Source: Eledone cirrhosa (lineage: Eukaryota). Taken from it: 64,000 nt of DNA. Under the pieces are notes generated by a model, which was not told where the DNA came from, searched no databases, and was given only the letters and a program-made list of their open reading frames with translations. The stretch spans positions 213,466,001 through 213,530,000 of the forward strand of contig OZ024742.1 of assembly GCA_964016885.1 (NCBI GenBank), written 5' to 3'. The translations under genes and the position numbers were made by a program. Of this stretch, positions 14,793 through 30,106 are shown in pieces (position 1 is the stretch's first letter; each line of letters begins with the position of its first letter).

Positions 14793-15230
14793 ATATATAT
14801 ATATATGTGTGTGTGTGTGTGCGTTTGTGTGTGTGAGTCTATATAAGTGTGTGCGTATATGTGTGTGTATGTGTGTGTGTGTGTACGGAAAGAGATAGCA
14901 GGAGAGCTAAGAGGGAGAGAGAGACAAAAGAGACATAGTAACATCATTTGTCTTGTGTTTTAAAGACAGTTTACTTTCATAAGCCTGTGTATCTGGCATG
15001 ATAGCGAGACAGCCAGAGAGAAATTTTAATTGAGTGTCTACAATAATTACGTAGAAAGACATATGTACAAACTGACAGGTAAGCAGTTGTACATAAAAAG
15101 CTGATGCGTTTAGATTTAAGGCGACATTCATAGCCTGTGATTGTTTTTACAAAGAAAAAATAATATTTACGTTTTAGTGCAGCAATAACGTAAAATATGT
15201 AAATTAAGTGCTTAATATATATATAATAAT

Positions 15231-15415
15231 TGTTTCTATTTTAGGCACAAGGCCAGCAATTATCCAGTACATTACTGGTACTTTATTTTATCGACCCCGT
15301 AAGGATGAAAGGCAAAGTTAACCACGGCGAGATTTGAACTCAGATCGTAAAGGGACGTAACTATGCTGGAAAGCATGGCGTCCGACCCTCTACCGATACT
15401 GCCAATTCACCGCCC
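15231..15415 (-). mobile_element. tRNA-derived SINE
   Basis: Same consensus. Confidence 0.9.
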
Positions 15416-15449
15416 TTATATATATATAATAATTATTATTATTTTCATG

Positions 15450-16230
15450 AACAGAATTGATATGCGCAGCCGGATCGGAAGTGTTATCACGACTGGTAGG
15501 TGTAAAATCAGTGCACATGATAGGTTTGATACCGAGTGCTGCATGATTGGAATGAAAATCAGGGCTGCGAAAACTGAAACACTCATCATCTGAAGGAAGC
15601 CTGCGCAGTGCACACTACATGTGAATGGAGTTCCGCTGAAGTTTGGTGGAGACGTTCAAATATCTCGGCATCGTCTTCACGAATAATGGAAGGTAGGAGG
15701 CTGAATTAAGTGCAAGAATGCAAGAATTAAAAGAGCTGGTGTAGTAATGCACCAGATTCAGCATTCAGTAATCAGAAGGAAGGTTGGTGTAAAAACCAAA
15801 CTCCCTGTCTTCAATTTGGTGTTCGTTCCAACCCTATTCGATTACTACCTAAGATGGGTAGTAACCGAAAGAATACGGTCGCGAATACAAGCAGCAGAAA
15901 TAGGGTTCCTCCGAAGGGGATTTGTAGTAACGTTACTTTTTAAAGTGCGTAGTTCGGAGATCAGAGAGTCGCTTCAGGTAGAGGCGATATTCTCTGAATT
16001 GAGAGATGGCGGCGTCTATATTACAGGCATGTCTCAGGAAAGAACCGGTGGACATATTTGATGGGCAAAACCAACCGATAGGAGACCCAGGGGTAGATCC
16101 ATGAGCTTTCCTGATTTCGCCTGAGGATCCAGCCGGAACATTTGGAGGCGGTTGTTTCTGGCAGGAGCCACTGGAATTAGTGTTTGAGGACTGTGCCTCC
16201 ATGACCCATGACCCTCTCAGGAATAAGGTG
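15450..16230 (+). pseudogene. Decayed 3' part of an RTE-type LINE (RT C-terminus)
   Basis: GMKIRAAKTETLII, FKYLGIVF, KTKLPVFNLVFVPTL, RSRIQAAEIGFLRR with stops and frameshifts; related 3' pieces at 22445-22640(+) and 61705-61830(-). Confidence 0.8.
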
Positions 16231-16286
16231 CTATTTTAAATAAACATGTTTTAACGGTTTGTTCTCCTTTATATACGTTTCTCCAC

Positions 16287-16342
<56 letters not shown>

Positions 16343-16400
16343 TCTTCTCTATCTCACTCTCTCTCACTCCCTATCTCTCTCTTTCTACACACACACACAC

Positions 16401-16512
<112 letters not shown>

Positions 16513-17679
16513 GTATGTATATATATATGCCCCCAAAACTCACATATACACTATACACGTCGCTAACGAATGTGCTATGCAAATAAGTAAAAGCAGTGCC
16601 CGTAAGCTTTACTCTTTGATTCCGTCTTTCTCTCTCCCCCCTTTTTCTTTCTCTCTTGTTCCCCTTCTTTTTCTCTTACCTTCTCTACATCTTTCCCTGT
16701 CTACCATAGACTAAGTAAATGATATCGATGAGCTTGTAAAGACATGTGTAGCTAGTCTTGGTTTAATAACAGGTCTATTTGTAGATTGACGAAGAAACTA
16801 TGTTTATTAAATGTATGCATTTGTATATAACTTATCTTAATCAAAGAATTTGGTCATTTGCTTCCTGTGTTTATTGCCAAATTTATATTTATTCTATATC
16901 ATTTGATATGTTTTAGGTAGAGTCACTTGATTATGTTGTAGTCTTGTGCAAATGTTATAGAATACTCTAATGACAGTAAATTGGCAACAGCGGTAGAGCA
17001 CCATACACCATGCTTTGCGGCATATTGTTACGGCCCTTTACACTCTGAGTTCAAATTTCCTCACGAGGCTGGCTTTGCCTTTCATTCTTACTGAGTTAAT
17101 AAAATAAAGTACAAGTAACCCACTAGTACTTGTGTCTAAATCAGAAACCATTACAGAGTCTTCAGGAAGTTCGAGCCATGATTTTAGTCTTTTCACATTA
17201 ACTCGGCCGTTCTGAATACTGATGAATTCAGGGGTTAATTTTTTGCCTTTAATGGTTGATACCCATGAATCTTTGTTTTTATGTCATATATGATCCATTT
17301 GCTTCTTCAGCTGGTATACTATTCCTATACTTAAACGCTTACATGTTCTCCCTAATTGTTTTTTTTAATAAAAATGCTGTTGCTTTGTTGTTCTTTCTCT
17401 TGTAGTCCTCATGTTATTTGCAACTCTGTAGTAATCTTTAAAACGTGCTCTCTTTGTATGAGTCCTCTTGCTATTTGAGTGTGAGATAAATAATTACCGC
17501 CAGCATTATATTTAGAATGCGTGAGATATTTTATATACTGCCATAAGTAATGTTGCATGCCTGTCTATGTTTCTTAGTTCATTTAATTTCCAAACTGTAG
17601 CTAATTACTGACATAGCTAATGTGTTTATACATTTATGTTCTCAATTTGCCTTTAGCATTCTTTTCAATATTTAGGTAG

Positions 17680-18525
17680 TTTCATGTTGTCCAAATATTC
17701 TAAAACTAGAAATGTAGTCTATAGCATAATATATACAGAGGGTGCCTGCAGAAACATGACTACGAGGTATACAGGAAAGACAGTCCGTATCACAGGAGAG
17801 AGGATAGATGAACACTGGAGTGAACTAAATGGACAAACAGAGAATTCAGTACTATATGAACATGCCAGACTAAAACATGATGGTAAAATAGACAACATAG
17901 AAGTTAAAATAATATCTAAACATAGAAATGACTCGACATTTAGACAAATTAGGGAGGCTACAGAAATAGAATTAATAAAACCTAGGCTGAACAGAAAAAA
18001 ATGGGTGTAATAGCAAGAACTATTCACAGACACACACTAGTGATCTAAGATAAATATACACAGATGCATTACAATGCCCACACAAAAACACACTTTAGTG
18101 ACCAAAGGTAAAATATAAACACATAAACACACGCAGACCCAAACACGAACACACAAGCACACACCAAACAGAATACAACAAACGCATGCGCAAACAGAGA
18201 CAACAACCAAAACGTTATAGAAATAAAACGGGAAGAAACACAGCGATAATCACTGAAGATGTTACAGAAATGTGTGACGAAAGAACTTTGAGAAATTATA
18301 TTTATATTTATATTTTTAACAATTGGTCAATCAATGATAAACATTGATTGCCAGTTAGATTATTTATAGAAATATAAAAATATACTGAAGCGAAAACCAA
18401 CCCAAACAGTGAGTGTTTTACTATTTTTTTTTTTTGTTGCTATATTAGGAAATGACCCTCCCCAAATGTAACAATATCTATTTCAACACACGATTTCATA
18501 TCAAAAACCTTGCAAAACAAATACA
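17680..18525 (+). mobile_element. 3' fragment of a Penelope-like element (family H): GIY-YIG remnant, AC-rich UTR, HHR
   Basis: ORF 17684-18010 NVVYSI..YTGKT.R..GERIDEH..LYEHA..RQIREA.EI...KP.LNR; HHR at 18250-18291. Confidence 0.85.
18250..18291 (+). ncRNA. Type I hammerhead ribozyme, family H
   Basis: TCA-CTGAAGA-T-GTTACA-GAAATG-TGTGAC-GAAA-G-AA-CTT^TGA. Confidence 0.7.
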
Positions 18526-21500
18526 TTCTTTTTAATATTTCTTCAATGTGTCTATGTCGTTTTGCTTGTTTCAATCATTTCTAAATAATTATGCGTGCTC
18601 TTTGGTTTCTTGATATTTAATCTATTTTATTTGTTTTGGTTAATTTTTCATATTTTATGTGACTTTAGCACACTTCAGAATCCCCAAGTCCATGTGAATG
18701 TTTTTGGCTAACCCTTGAACTATTTGGCGTAGGGTGTTTGTACAGTTGTCACATTTTGTATATAGTTTCACGAAATTCACATTCAGTACGTAATATTTTA
18801 GCTTCCCTTTTAAAGTTGTATGTATTCCAGTTCAGTAGTTTGGTTAAGGTTGTTAATTATAGATAAAACTAGCGGAAATGAACAGTGAATTTTCCTGAAA
18901 GATTTTCATTGTCATAAGGATTGACAATTGATTATCTTCCTTTCATTCTTTTCCAGTGTTAAATTTGTTATCAAATGTTCCGTGTCATCGCCATCATAAC
19001 TCCTTTTTATAAGTAGGTCCATTACATTTATTTAGAATGTTTCCAGTATCCAAGAGAGTAAAACGCTACATTTTTCTATATTCAACACGTATCTTGTTTA
19101 GTTTGTTTTCATCTTTTATTTTCTGCTATTACTTTGTTAATAAGGTGTTAATAGGCAGTTTCGTCTTTAGTTTCTTTTACCCATTACTGCTAAGGCCATG
19201 CTGAAGCAACACTTTCAATTTCCTTCTGATGTCTTTTGTGCCACTCTGGTAAGATATATATTTTTTCAGTTGTTCATATTCCGTCTCAGCGCATGGATAT
19301 CAATAACAATATTGTTTAAATGCGAGTCAGCTCTGGTCAACAATATGCATAGTTAAAGGCGTTCCAGTCGTGACAATTTCATCATCTTTACTGCAGAGTA
19401 TCCAGAACTACATTAACCAATGTGCCTTTTATTTTTCAAGTCTGTAGCTTGTGATTTGTGAGATTTGGCTCTTATTTCTTGCAGGTCGGGCGACCACGTA
19501 GAGGGTATTTCGTTGATCCACGGATGTCAATGTTGTTGATAGACAAGAGACTGTTGTTTGACATCGGCTCAAATGTGACTCCAGACTATGTGTATCATAG
19601 AATAACCTATCCAATGTATCTCTCTTTTTTATTTATAAAAATAGGTTAAAACTTAATGGAAATAGGATTGCTGTTTCTAGCAGGTTTAGCAATTGTGTAG
19701 AAGTTCTTTTGTTAGCTCATATTTATCAAAGTCATGCATGTTACGGGTGCAGAGGTAATTTACTGTTCTTTGATTCTAGATCAGACCTATGAACAAATGT
19801 TTCAGACTAAGAGTTGAGGAATACAGTATCTGTACTATTCAATGTTTATTTCATAAGGGAGATTTGACTGTTATTTCTCATAAGTCCAGTGACCTATAGA
19901 AACTGTGTCACTCGCTCACAATAAGAGATCTATCTGTAATTGATTGTGTCAAACTATTTTTGAGAATTATCCAGTTTATTGTTGTTGGCCTTCGTGTAAT
20001 TAGACGACATTTCATCTCCAATTTTAATAGGTTTATATTACGTTCTAGATAGATTTGTTCTGCTACTTTTGATTATATATATTCTCATCTTATTGATTCT
20101 ACATCGGAGCCTGTTTTAATTTACTGGCACCTGGAGCAAGCTTAATGTTGACACTCCTACAAGTATAATCTTTTAAGTTCCACAAAGAACAAAAATTGCA
20201 AATGCATGGAAAAAGTGTTTATTATAATATACAAGCTAAAGAGAATAAACAGTTCAAACGCAACATTAAATTTTAAAATCCTTTCATAATGAGAAGGCGA
20301 GAGAGAGGGGGAGAGAGAGGTTGGAGAGAGAAAAAGAGAATGTGTGTGTGAGAGAGAGCGAGAGAGAGACTGTATCTACATTATTGGCAATGATTGTTAG
20401 AAACACGGAGTGAAGGATGAATGTGTGAGAGGAAGATAAAAAAGTGTTGTTGATCTGTTGGTCAATTTTCTCCTAATAAACTAAAGAATATGGACAAAGA
20501 ACCGGATGTTTCAAAACATACAATCACCTAAATAAAATTTGTTTCGCATTTTAAGATCTGCAAATGTTTTTATAGCACAGTGTATATCTATGGTTTCACA
20601 ATATCGTTTTTATTGCCTAAGAATTTCAACTATTTTTGTATCCGGAAGATCCTAAATACCCCATGTGGTGCTCCTTTGCTCGTGACACCCTGGCCGTGTT
20701 GCTAGTATTATAAGTAAGCCCTACTTTTCTTTACAACCCATGCTGTATCATCGCAACGCAGAACAGTTTTGTGCCATATGTCTCTAACAATATTTCTCTG
20801 TATGCATTTTGTTGAGGATTCTTTTATCCTCATATTTCTATTTAAATTTCTTAATATAATCCTTCTATTGAATGTTCTAATTTCTTTCAAATAGTTCTTA
20901 ATGTTTAAAGAAAGTATTCACGATTTCCAAATCATTTAATGCGTTGTGGCTTTGCTGAGATTACTTGTTCTAATCTCTCTTTTGTTTCTATCTTTATTTT
21001 AATATTTGTGTGTGTGTGTGCGTGCATGCGTGTGTGTGTGTTTGCGTGTATGTGCGTGTGTGCCTGTGTGTGTGTGTGTTTCCGTGTGTGTGTTTGCGTG
21101 TGTGCGTTTGTGTGCGTGTGTGTTTGTGCGTGTGTTTGTGTTGTCTGTTTCATTCAGTACTGGTAAGATTTTTTTTCTCTTTCCATTTAACATCCATTGC
21201 TTTTTATTTTGTCCCACATGTTTCTGTTTCGAATTTGTGTGGGTGTTAATTTGTCAAAAGAATGCCTTTATTTCATATTTCTACAGTAAGTAGAGCGCTA
21301 GATTGGTCGAATTGTTAGCGCGTCGAAGACGTTTTGCAGTATTTAAATACGGTTCAAAAAACACTGAGATGAAGTTTGTTTCCTATCGATAATATAAATA
21401 ACTGTTAAGCGCTGAGTTCTATTTAATCAAAGATAGCCCCCCCCCCCCCAACTGTAAAAGACAAAATGACCGATAGGCTATTACTTGATATATCAAATAC

Positions 21501-21684
21501 ATTGAAAGACTTTCGTTGAAAAATAGTGTAAATAGATATAAACTCAATTTCAATAACCTTTTTAAAATAACTTATGGTAATTTTTACATAAGGCCAAATC
21601 ATTATTAAATCTAATATATTTTCAATTTATTTCCAAGCTATCTGTTTTGTTTTTGTTTTTGATATAAGAAAATGAATTAAATAA

Positions 21685-22115
21685 TTGTTTCTTATATAGG
21701 CACAAGGCCAGCAATTTTGGCGGAGGGGAAAGTCGATTAAAACGACCCAGTGCGTGACTGGTACTTTATTTTATCGACCCCGTAAGGATGAAAGGCAAAG
21801 TTAACCTCGGCGGGATTTGAACTCAGATCGTAAAGGCCCGTAACTCTTTGCCAACACACCAACCGTTTTTGAAGAAATAATGCCGTTAAAACTATTTGAC
21901 ATAATTGTTTCTATCGTAGGCTAACAATTTTGGGGGGGGAGAAAGTCGATTAAATCGACCCCAGTGCATTACTGGTGCTTTATTGTATCGACCCGTAAGG
22001 ATGAAAGGAAAAGCTAACAGCGGTGGGACTTGAATTCAGAACGTAAAGCGCCGTAACTCTATGCTGCGAAGCATGGTGTCTGACGCTCTACCGATACTGC
22101 CAATCCACCGCCCTC
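21685..22115 (-). mobile_element. Two tandem tRNA-derived SINEs (long variant): 21685-21852 truncated and 21906-22115
   Basis: Consensus match; second copy has TSD AAAACTATTT(G/C)ACATAAT at 21888-21905 and 22116-22133. Confidence 0.88.
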
Positions 22116-22704
22116 AAAACTATTTCACATAATGAGAGCACTACTCCATCGATTAGCTATCCAGATATCAACAAGATACTGTTCTTTTTGTAGAGCATCC
22201 AAAACAAAAAAAACATATTTGAATGTGATCTCACAGAGGAAACAAAATGTCTATCTCGGGCTATGATAATTTGTGAGGTTCTTCTTTTGGGTGGTTACAA
22301 TGTAGACATTCCATGCTTGAAGACTGAATAATGGCCCACCCTATCGTCCACGATTCCTTTTATCAAGGATATAAACGTCTTCGAAATATTTCAGAAGTGG
22401 CTGTATTTTATTTGGTAACTTTTCCGATATTACGGGCTTGAGGTTAAATTGTCTCATGAAAGAATAGCTGGATAGGTTTTCCGGGCAAAACTAGCCGGCT
22501 GGAAACCCTGGAGTAGACCTCGAGCAAGCTAATTGGATAAAAGCCATGAGCTTGGCTGGTCTGGTTTGTTGATCCAGCCAGATCAATTGGAGACTGTTTC
22601 TGACAGGACGCTGCCCCCACGACACTCTCAGATAAGACAAATGCAATTGCATTGACCATACGGTAAGATAAAGAAATTAATAACCATAATTTCATATTTT
22701 CTCT

Positions 22705-23250
22705 CGGTGTATTGGCAGAATCAGTGGAGCGCCGGATAACAGGCTTCGTGGTATAATAGAGTTCAAAACCCAGCGAGGTTAGCTTTGCCTTTCATCCTTG
22801 CGGGATTGATAAAATAAAGTACCAGTAACGCACTGGGGTTGATTTAATCGACTTTCCCATCCCCTTCAAAGTGTTGGCCTTGTGCCTAAAGTAGAAACAA
22901 TTATTAGTAGCAGAAGCAGTAATAGTGGTGGTGGTGGTGGTGCTAGTGGTTGCTGCTGCTATTGACAGAATTGTTAGCGCGTCTGAAGTCAACTTTGCCT
23001 TTCATCCCTCCGGGATCGATAAAATAAAGTACCAGTTAATTACTGAAGTTAATTTAATTTACTTTCACCTTCACAAAAATGTTTGGCCTGGTGCCGAAAG
23101 TAGAAATTATTATTACGATAAATGACGCAACCATTACTGATAAATTGCTTTGGGGGTAATTAAGGCGCAATACGATCCGAATTCAAATCCTGCCAGGCTT
23201 GATTTTGTATTTTATTCTTTCGAAGTCGATAAGATAAAATATCAGCTAAA
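22705..23250 (+). mobile_element. Cluster of three older SINE copies
   Basis: CTTTGCCTTTCATCC..GATAAAATAAAGTACCAG-like cores near 22785, 22993 and (degenerate) 23205. Confidence 0.75.
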
Positions 23251-25569
23251 GCGATCTCCGAAAATATCTGCGTGCGAGACACTGATGGAAGTCATTAGTG
23301 GAACACCATGGAGAACATTTCTCTTGAGCTAAAAGAAATTGTAAAATTATGGAAAAAAAATAAAAATAAATAAAAGTGTGCTTACTCGTAATACATTTTA
23401 TTAGAAAACTGGCTTCGAACTACCGAAACGCTTGTGCTTTCTGGCATTTTATTCCCTTTCAATAAGCCGTCTATGTTCTTTTTTCTTCGCTTCCATTTGA
23501 TCTTTAAGGCATATTTATATAATCTAATCTTTATTGTATTGGCTTTTATTTGTAATTTTAATGTAATGAAATGTCAATAGTCTTCACCCATTATACAATG
23601 TAACAGTTTAATGGCCTGCTTTCAAATTTCATTCTGCTTTATTCTTTGAGATCTTCAAATGTTGCTGGTCTTTCATAAATGTATAGTTATAACTTCATAA
23701 ACTTATGGTTGTCTGTCCATTTTAATTACAGTTGTATTATACACGAAAGCGAACAGCTTTTCAGAATACGCTGTTGTTTTATGAGGCTTCTTCGAATCTG
23801 TTCTTAAAGGGAGGAGTATTGCATATAGAAGGAATATTTTATCTTTATTCATATTTGTTTATGAGTAGTAAATATCTAAAGGTAATCAATATGTCAATGT
23901 CATTTAGGCATTTATTGTTTTAGTTTAGCGAAAACCTTTTCTATTTTATGGAAAAATATAAGTTGTGGCATTTTATTGGTGAAGGTATTTATGATGAATT
24001 TAGTTTATTTTTTCATTATTTCTTATTTGTCTTTCTGTTAAACCCTTCTCTCTTTCTTTTTTTCCTTCTTTCTTTCATTCTCTTTTTCTTTCTCTCTTTC
24101 TCTTTCTTTCTTTCATTCTCTTTTTCTTTCTCTCTTTCTCTTTCTTTCTTTCTTTCTCTCTTTATTTATTTCTTTGTTTCCTCCTAAATCATCTTGGGAT
24201 TTTAAAGATATTTTTTAGTATCCATCTTCTCTTAGTACTCTTTTGTTGCAAAGAATAGTGAACCAAAAAATCAGGATAGAGTTGGTGTATCAAGCAGAGC
24301 TCAATTTGAGACGGCATCTAGTACGGTAAATCACTTTTTTGCGTTCAATTTTACTAGCGAAGAACAAACTGGATAACAGAATCTGAGATATATTATGCCT
24401 GCAAAAGAAAGATTGGTTGGTTACAGATGGAATGCCATTGGTTATAGATATTTTCAATCAGGGTTGATTTGGAGTTAAACAACGTCTGTAATGTTACGCG
24501 CTCCTTCTTTGACCAACTAACAGTTGACTTACCAGTGCGACAGCGTTCTCCTACTTACCCATTCTCTCTCTCCTCTTTTTTTTACGGAAATCTTTTTATA
24601 TTTCCCTCCTCCCAGCGTTACCATTTGCACAACTTTTATGCATCGTATCCTGTCATGGTTCAAGCCACAAGACTTTTATTGTTATTTATTTACGTACTTG
24701 CTCTGCTGCCCTAGTCGAAAGATCCTCATTTTCTGTCCCCTGTTTCTATGTTGTCGTTTTTTTTTTCTTCTTTTAAATGGACCTGAAACAAAGGCAAGAA
24801 GAAGAAAGTAAAATATCGCGTTAATAAATGTAAACCATTGAAATTATTGGGGCGGGAGGAGGATAACAAAGTACACGTTCGTCACAAATTAGTAATAATC
24901 AATTCAGGAAAATTAACAATAGAAAGATTAGAAGAAAATTAAAATAAAAAAATAGAAAAAGGCTAAATATATACATATAATATATATAAATTAAAGTTGT
25001 AACCGCAATATAGCAGATACCAATCGAATTGTTTGAGGCAGTCACAAAACACTCGATGGTGCGAAAAGTTAATACATTTTCGTCCAGATTGAACACAAAG
25101 TTAAGAAAGTGTGAGACCAAGAAAAGAGACCAAATGCATGTAGCCATACTTATACACCAACAGCGATAAATACAAGCAGATCGAAGACTAACCTCGACCG
25201 TCTTGAGTAGATAGGAATCGATAGATATACATATATATTTGTGTGGGTGTGCGTACCACACCGTTTTGACGCGGCTATTACTATTAGCCCCTTTTCTTAC
25301 TCTCTATTGGTTGTTGTCTTTGATCTTCGACAAACATTATTCAACTGAAATGTCGAACATATCATTAACGTATTTTGTCCTCGCCATGTAATTTCACGTA
25401 AGTTCTGTTTTGTTTTCGTCGTGTGAAATACTCCAGGACAGGTGTTCAGCTATCTTGTTAGACTCGGTGACCTCGAATGGACCAGCAGTGCTGTCGTTTG
25501 GAGCCGAAACTGAGAACTTCCATTTTCGTCCGCCGATGACCGCAGTCTCGTATCTATTGCCAAGTTTGC

Positions 25570-25694
<125 letters not shown>

Positions 25695-25731
25695 ACACAG
25701 AGACACACACACACACACACACACACACGCG

Positions 25732-25762
<31 letters not shown>

Positions 25763-26139
25763 AACACGCACACACACAAATATTTGTATCAGTTACTAAA
25801 AGCGTTGCAATATTGCAAGCATCGTTAAATAGTTTTCAGCTAACGCATTGAAATTGTTATGACTAGACGATCAGCCCACTGTATGGTGTACACGGTAACG
25901 TTGGTTCCGTTTGGAACGACTGATAAATATTGGAACCTTTATCTTTGTCTTCAAATATGAAAAGTATTAAAAGTATAAATGGGTACGAAGGTGGGAGAGA
26001 GATGAGAGACTGAAGGAAGGCGGGAATACATTGTACAGGCTGGGCGTAGAATAACCATTTGGTAATTGAGGAATACACATTGATGTATACTGCTAGAATC
26101 AAGTTTATATAAATAAACACATTTAAACACAAACGCAAT

Positions 26140-26668
26140 GACACACACATACAGCTCTAGTGTTTACGCACACAAACTTCTAGTGTTTACATACACACAG
26201 AGAGACAAACACCACACATACACACACACACATACACAAACATACGCACACAGACACACACACACACACACTTTTAGTGTTTACACACACACCACACATA
26301 CACATACACATACACAGACACACACAAACACACATAAACATAAACGCACACTTACACATGCACACACACAAACACACACACAAATACACAGGCAAACATA
26401 CGCAATGACACACACACCCGCCTCTAGTGCTTACACACACACGCACAGACACACACACCACACACAAACACACACACACACAAACACACACAAACACACA
26501 TAAACACAAACACGCATACAAGCACACATAAACGCACACAAACACATACAAACATACGCACACAAAAACACACACAAGCAAACACGCACAAACATACGCA
26601 TACTCATACACACACAAACACGCACATGTACATACACATACACAAACACACACAAACGCACACTCACC
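26140..26668. repeat. Degenerate (CA)n-rich low-complexity tract
   Basis: Direct reading. Confidence 0.9.
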
Positions 26669-27909
26669 GACGTATTGAGAAGCGTAGTGTATGTGAAAGA
26701 TATGATCTAATTGTGTTTATAGACGGAAAACGATACTAAATATACTTTCTTTGAATAGCTCCGAATTGGATTTGATGAAGGTAGCCACCCCAGGCGTCGG
26801 AAAATAAACAAACTAAACAGGTTGAATTGATCGAAAATTCATGTGATAGCAAAAATGAAAATCGATATTTAAGGGCATGCAATCACGTTAGGTTCACAAC
26901 ACATGATCTAGGGCGGTTTAAAAGGATAGTTTCTGACTGCAGAATCTTGATTTAGTATGTGCAGGTCACATAGTAGTCGATAAAATATAGCGGCAACTAG
27001 AGTTGTGATTTCAATACGATTGACATGCTCTCATATCATCTGTCATATTGGATTGGAATCGACCCCAATCAGTTTCGACGATGAATGTTTTAGTTGATCG
27101 ATCCACGGAACATCTTTCTCGTGAAATTAACCTACATGTAGTAGAGAATTCCCACATGCACTTGTATCTGTAATCTAATTCTCGGGGGATTGAACGTGAT
27201 ATAGTGTATGAAAGGACTGGCCCTTTGAAGTAAAGGTACAGCGCATGCAACAGAGTTTCTAAATACGAGTTATAGTTAGTGTTATTCTAATTTCACTCAT
27301 AAAGCTTGGGTCTCCTCTCTCTGCCTTTTCTACCGCTACTACAATGGTCTCTGCTCATCAGTATCTACCTGGCCCCATGCAACATTCATTCACATATTCC
27401 CTCCTCACACATTTGTCAACTATATTGTGTCCAACCTCCAAGGCTTTTTCGGCTGGTTGGAGCCTCACCCCAGAAAGAATTTCTATAGACTTCTGACTGA
27501 GGAATGCTCTCAAAACTGACCAATGGGAAGTTTGACATTTTTTTGTTATTTTGTTCCTTTACCACCTTGTTCCTTCTACCACTTTATCAATTTTTTAAGC
27601 TAACTCCAACAATAACAACACTACCAGCACAAGAATTGAGGTCAGATGTACCTAACAATAACAAGAACAACAACTACAGATTGGCTTGCCTCAGAATGAA
27701 CTTCTATAGACTTTTGAATGAGGAATGTTCTAACAACTGACCAATGAGAGGAGAAGAGGCCCTTTGACACTGAAATTCGTTTGTTTGAATTCATATGATT
27801 CCAGTTCCTAAGTGAAATAACAACCCAACCAGGAACTGGGCATATCAGAGTATTGACAAATTTATACACCTCAACAACATATGTACTTGTCTATACCACA
27901 CTAATACGG

Positions 27910-27963
27910 ACTGCCTGAAGAGGTCACAGCCAAAGATGGCTGTCACTGAAATATATATACAGT
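27910..27963 (+). ncRNA. Type I hammerhead ribozyme, family I
   Basis: ACTGC-CTGAAGA-GGT-C-ACAGCCA-AAGA-TGGCTGT-C-ACT-GAAA-TATATATA^CAGT; relative at 43026-43081. Confidence 0.7.
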
Positions 27964-28108
27964 AATAAACGAAGCTAAATTTTAAACATTTGACTTTTAT
28001 TTTACTTTATTTTACATTACTCCGGAGTAACCAAACCAACCTGCGCACTTCGTCGAGTGCTCCAGCCGGCATACTGAGGTGTTGGTATACAACCAACATA
28101 TACTCAAA

Positions 28109-28186
<78 letters not shown>

Positions 28187-28531
28187 ATATATATATATAT
28201 ATATATATTGTATATTTAAACGAAGTAAATATATATTACATTATATCACAACTTGAAATAATTTCATTTAAAGATTTATTGATTGCAATGGTTATTGTAT
28301 TCTAATTAAATTATATCACTTCTACTATGAAGCAATGTGTTGACGTAAGTGACTTTTCAAGAGGGCTTGTACACCCAAGACTCAAAGGAACTTTGAAATG
28401 GTATGCTGGAGGCTAACAAAAACACTTGACAATTAGAGTTCCCAGATTTACTTAGCTAGGAAAAGGTATATGCTTAAGTATGCAGAAACGCACACTCACA
28501 CGTTCTCTCTCTCCTACCCTCTCTCCCTCTA

Positions 28532-28579
<48 letters not shown>

Positions 28580-28687
28580 GGAATTGAATGAAACGAAATT
28601 TCATTTCTCACTCTTAGTACGGCACTTACTTAAATGTAAGTATGTATGTATACGTACATACATATATGTATACATACGTACAGTAGC

Positions 28688-28769
<82 letters not shown>

Positions 28770-28916
28770 GCACACATATATATATGCACGTATCAGTTTA
28801 CCGAACATTTATTATAATGTTCGCTTTGTTCGTTTGTAAACAAACGGACAGCCTGATTTACGCCGTACAGTGTTCAGGCAACCACGTCACATTTTTGTTT
28901 AACACTGACACAGGAA

Positions 28917-28957
28917 CGATGTACTAGTTTCAAGCTTGTTAGCTATCGTCAGCACCG
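28917..28957 (-). ncRNA. Minimal type I hammerhead ribozyme, family J
   Basis: Reverse complement of 30107-30147. Confidence 0.8.
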
Positions 28958-29191
28958 CATACCTTTCTGCCAGATGGCTGAACGTTCGAAAGTATATACT
29001 TTCCGTATGAAAATTAACGGCTGAGCAGCCTAATTTGCATATCGAGTGAGTTCAGTCGGCCAGGCGCACCGAAAACGATAAATGGAATAGAATGAAACGA
29101 AATTACATTTCTCACTCTTAGTACGGCACTTACTTAAATGTAAGTATGTATGTATACGTACATACATATATCTATACAGACGTACAGTAGC

Positions 29192-29330
<139 letters not shown>

Positions 29331-29480
29331 CAGGCACACATATATATATGCACGTATCAGTTTACCGAACATTTATTATAATGTTCGCTTTGTTCGTTTG
29401 TAAAGAAACGGACAGCCTGATTTACGCCGTACAGTCTTCAGGCAACCACGTCACCTTTTTGTTCAACACTGACACAGGAA

Positions 29481-29521
29481 CGATGTACTAGTTTCAAGCT
29501 TGTTAGCTATCGTCAGCACCG
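29481..29521 (-). ncRNA. Minimal type I hammerhead ribozyme, family J
   Basis: Reverse complement of 30107-30147. Confidence 0.8.
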
Positions 29522-29823
29522 TATACCTTTCTGCCAGATGGTTGAACGTTCGAAAGTATATACTTTCCTTATGAAAATTAACGGCTGAGCAGTCTAATTT
29601 GCATATCGAGTGAGTTCAGTCGGCCAGGCGCACCAGACGATAGCTAACAAGCTTGAAACTAGTACATCGTTCCTGTGTCAGTGTTGAACAAAAATGTGAC
29701 GTGGTTGCCTGAACACTGTACGGCGTAAATCAGGCTGTCCGTTTGTTTACAAACGAACAAAGCGAACATTATAATAAATGTTCGGTAAACTGATACGTGC
29801 ATATATATATGTGTGCCTGTATG

Positions 29824-29880
<57 letters not shown>

Positions 29881-30106
29881 GCTACTGTACGTCTGTATAC
29901 ATATATGTATGTACGTAAACTTACATTTAAGTAAGTGCCGTACTAAGAGTGAGAAATCAAATTTCGTTTCATTCTATTCCATTTATCGTTTTCGGTGCGC
30001 CTGGCCGACTGAACTCACTCGATATGCAAATTAGGCTGCTCAGCCGTTAATTTTCATACGGAAAGTATATACTTTCGAACGTTCAGCCATCTGGCAGAAA
30101 GGTATG

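Noticed and set aside
17219-17225. Isolated CTGATGA (also near 2666, 3459, 50023)
   Set aside because: No GAAA-NUH with compatible stems
20700-20990. Minus-strand short ORFs
   Set aside because: Only [12 protein letters not shown] hints at a LINE endonuclease remnant; insufficient
25345-25387. Minus-strand MARTK start resembling histone H3
   Set aside because: Diverges after five residues and stops after 16 codons
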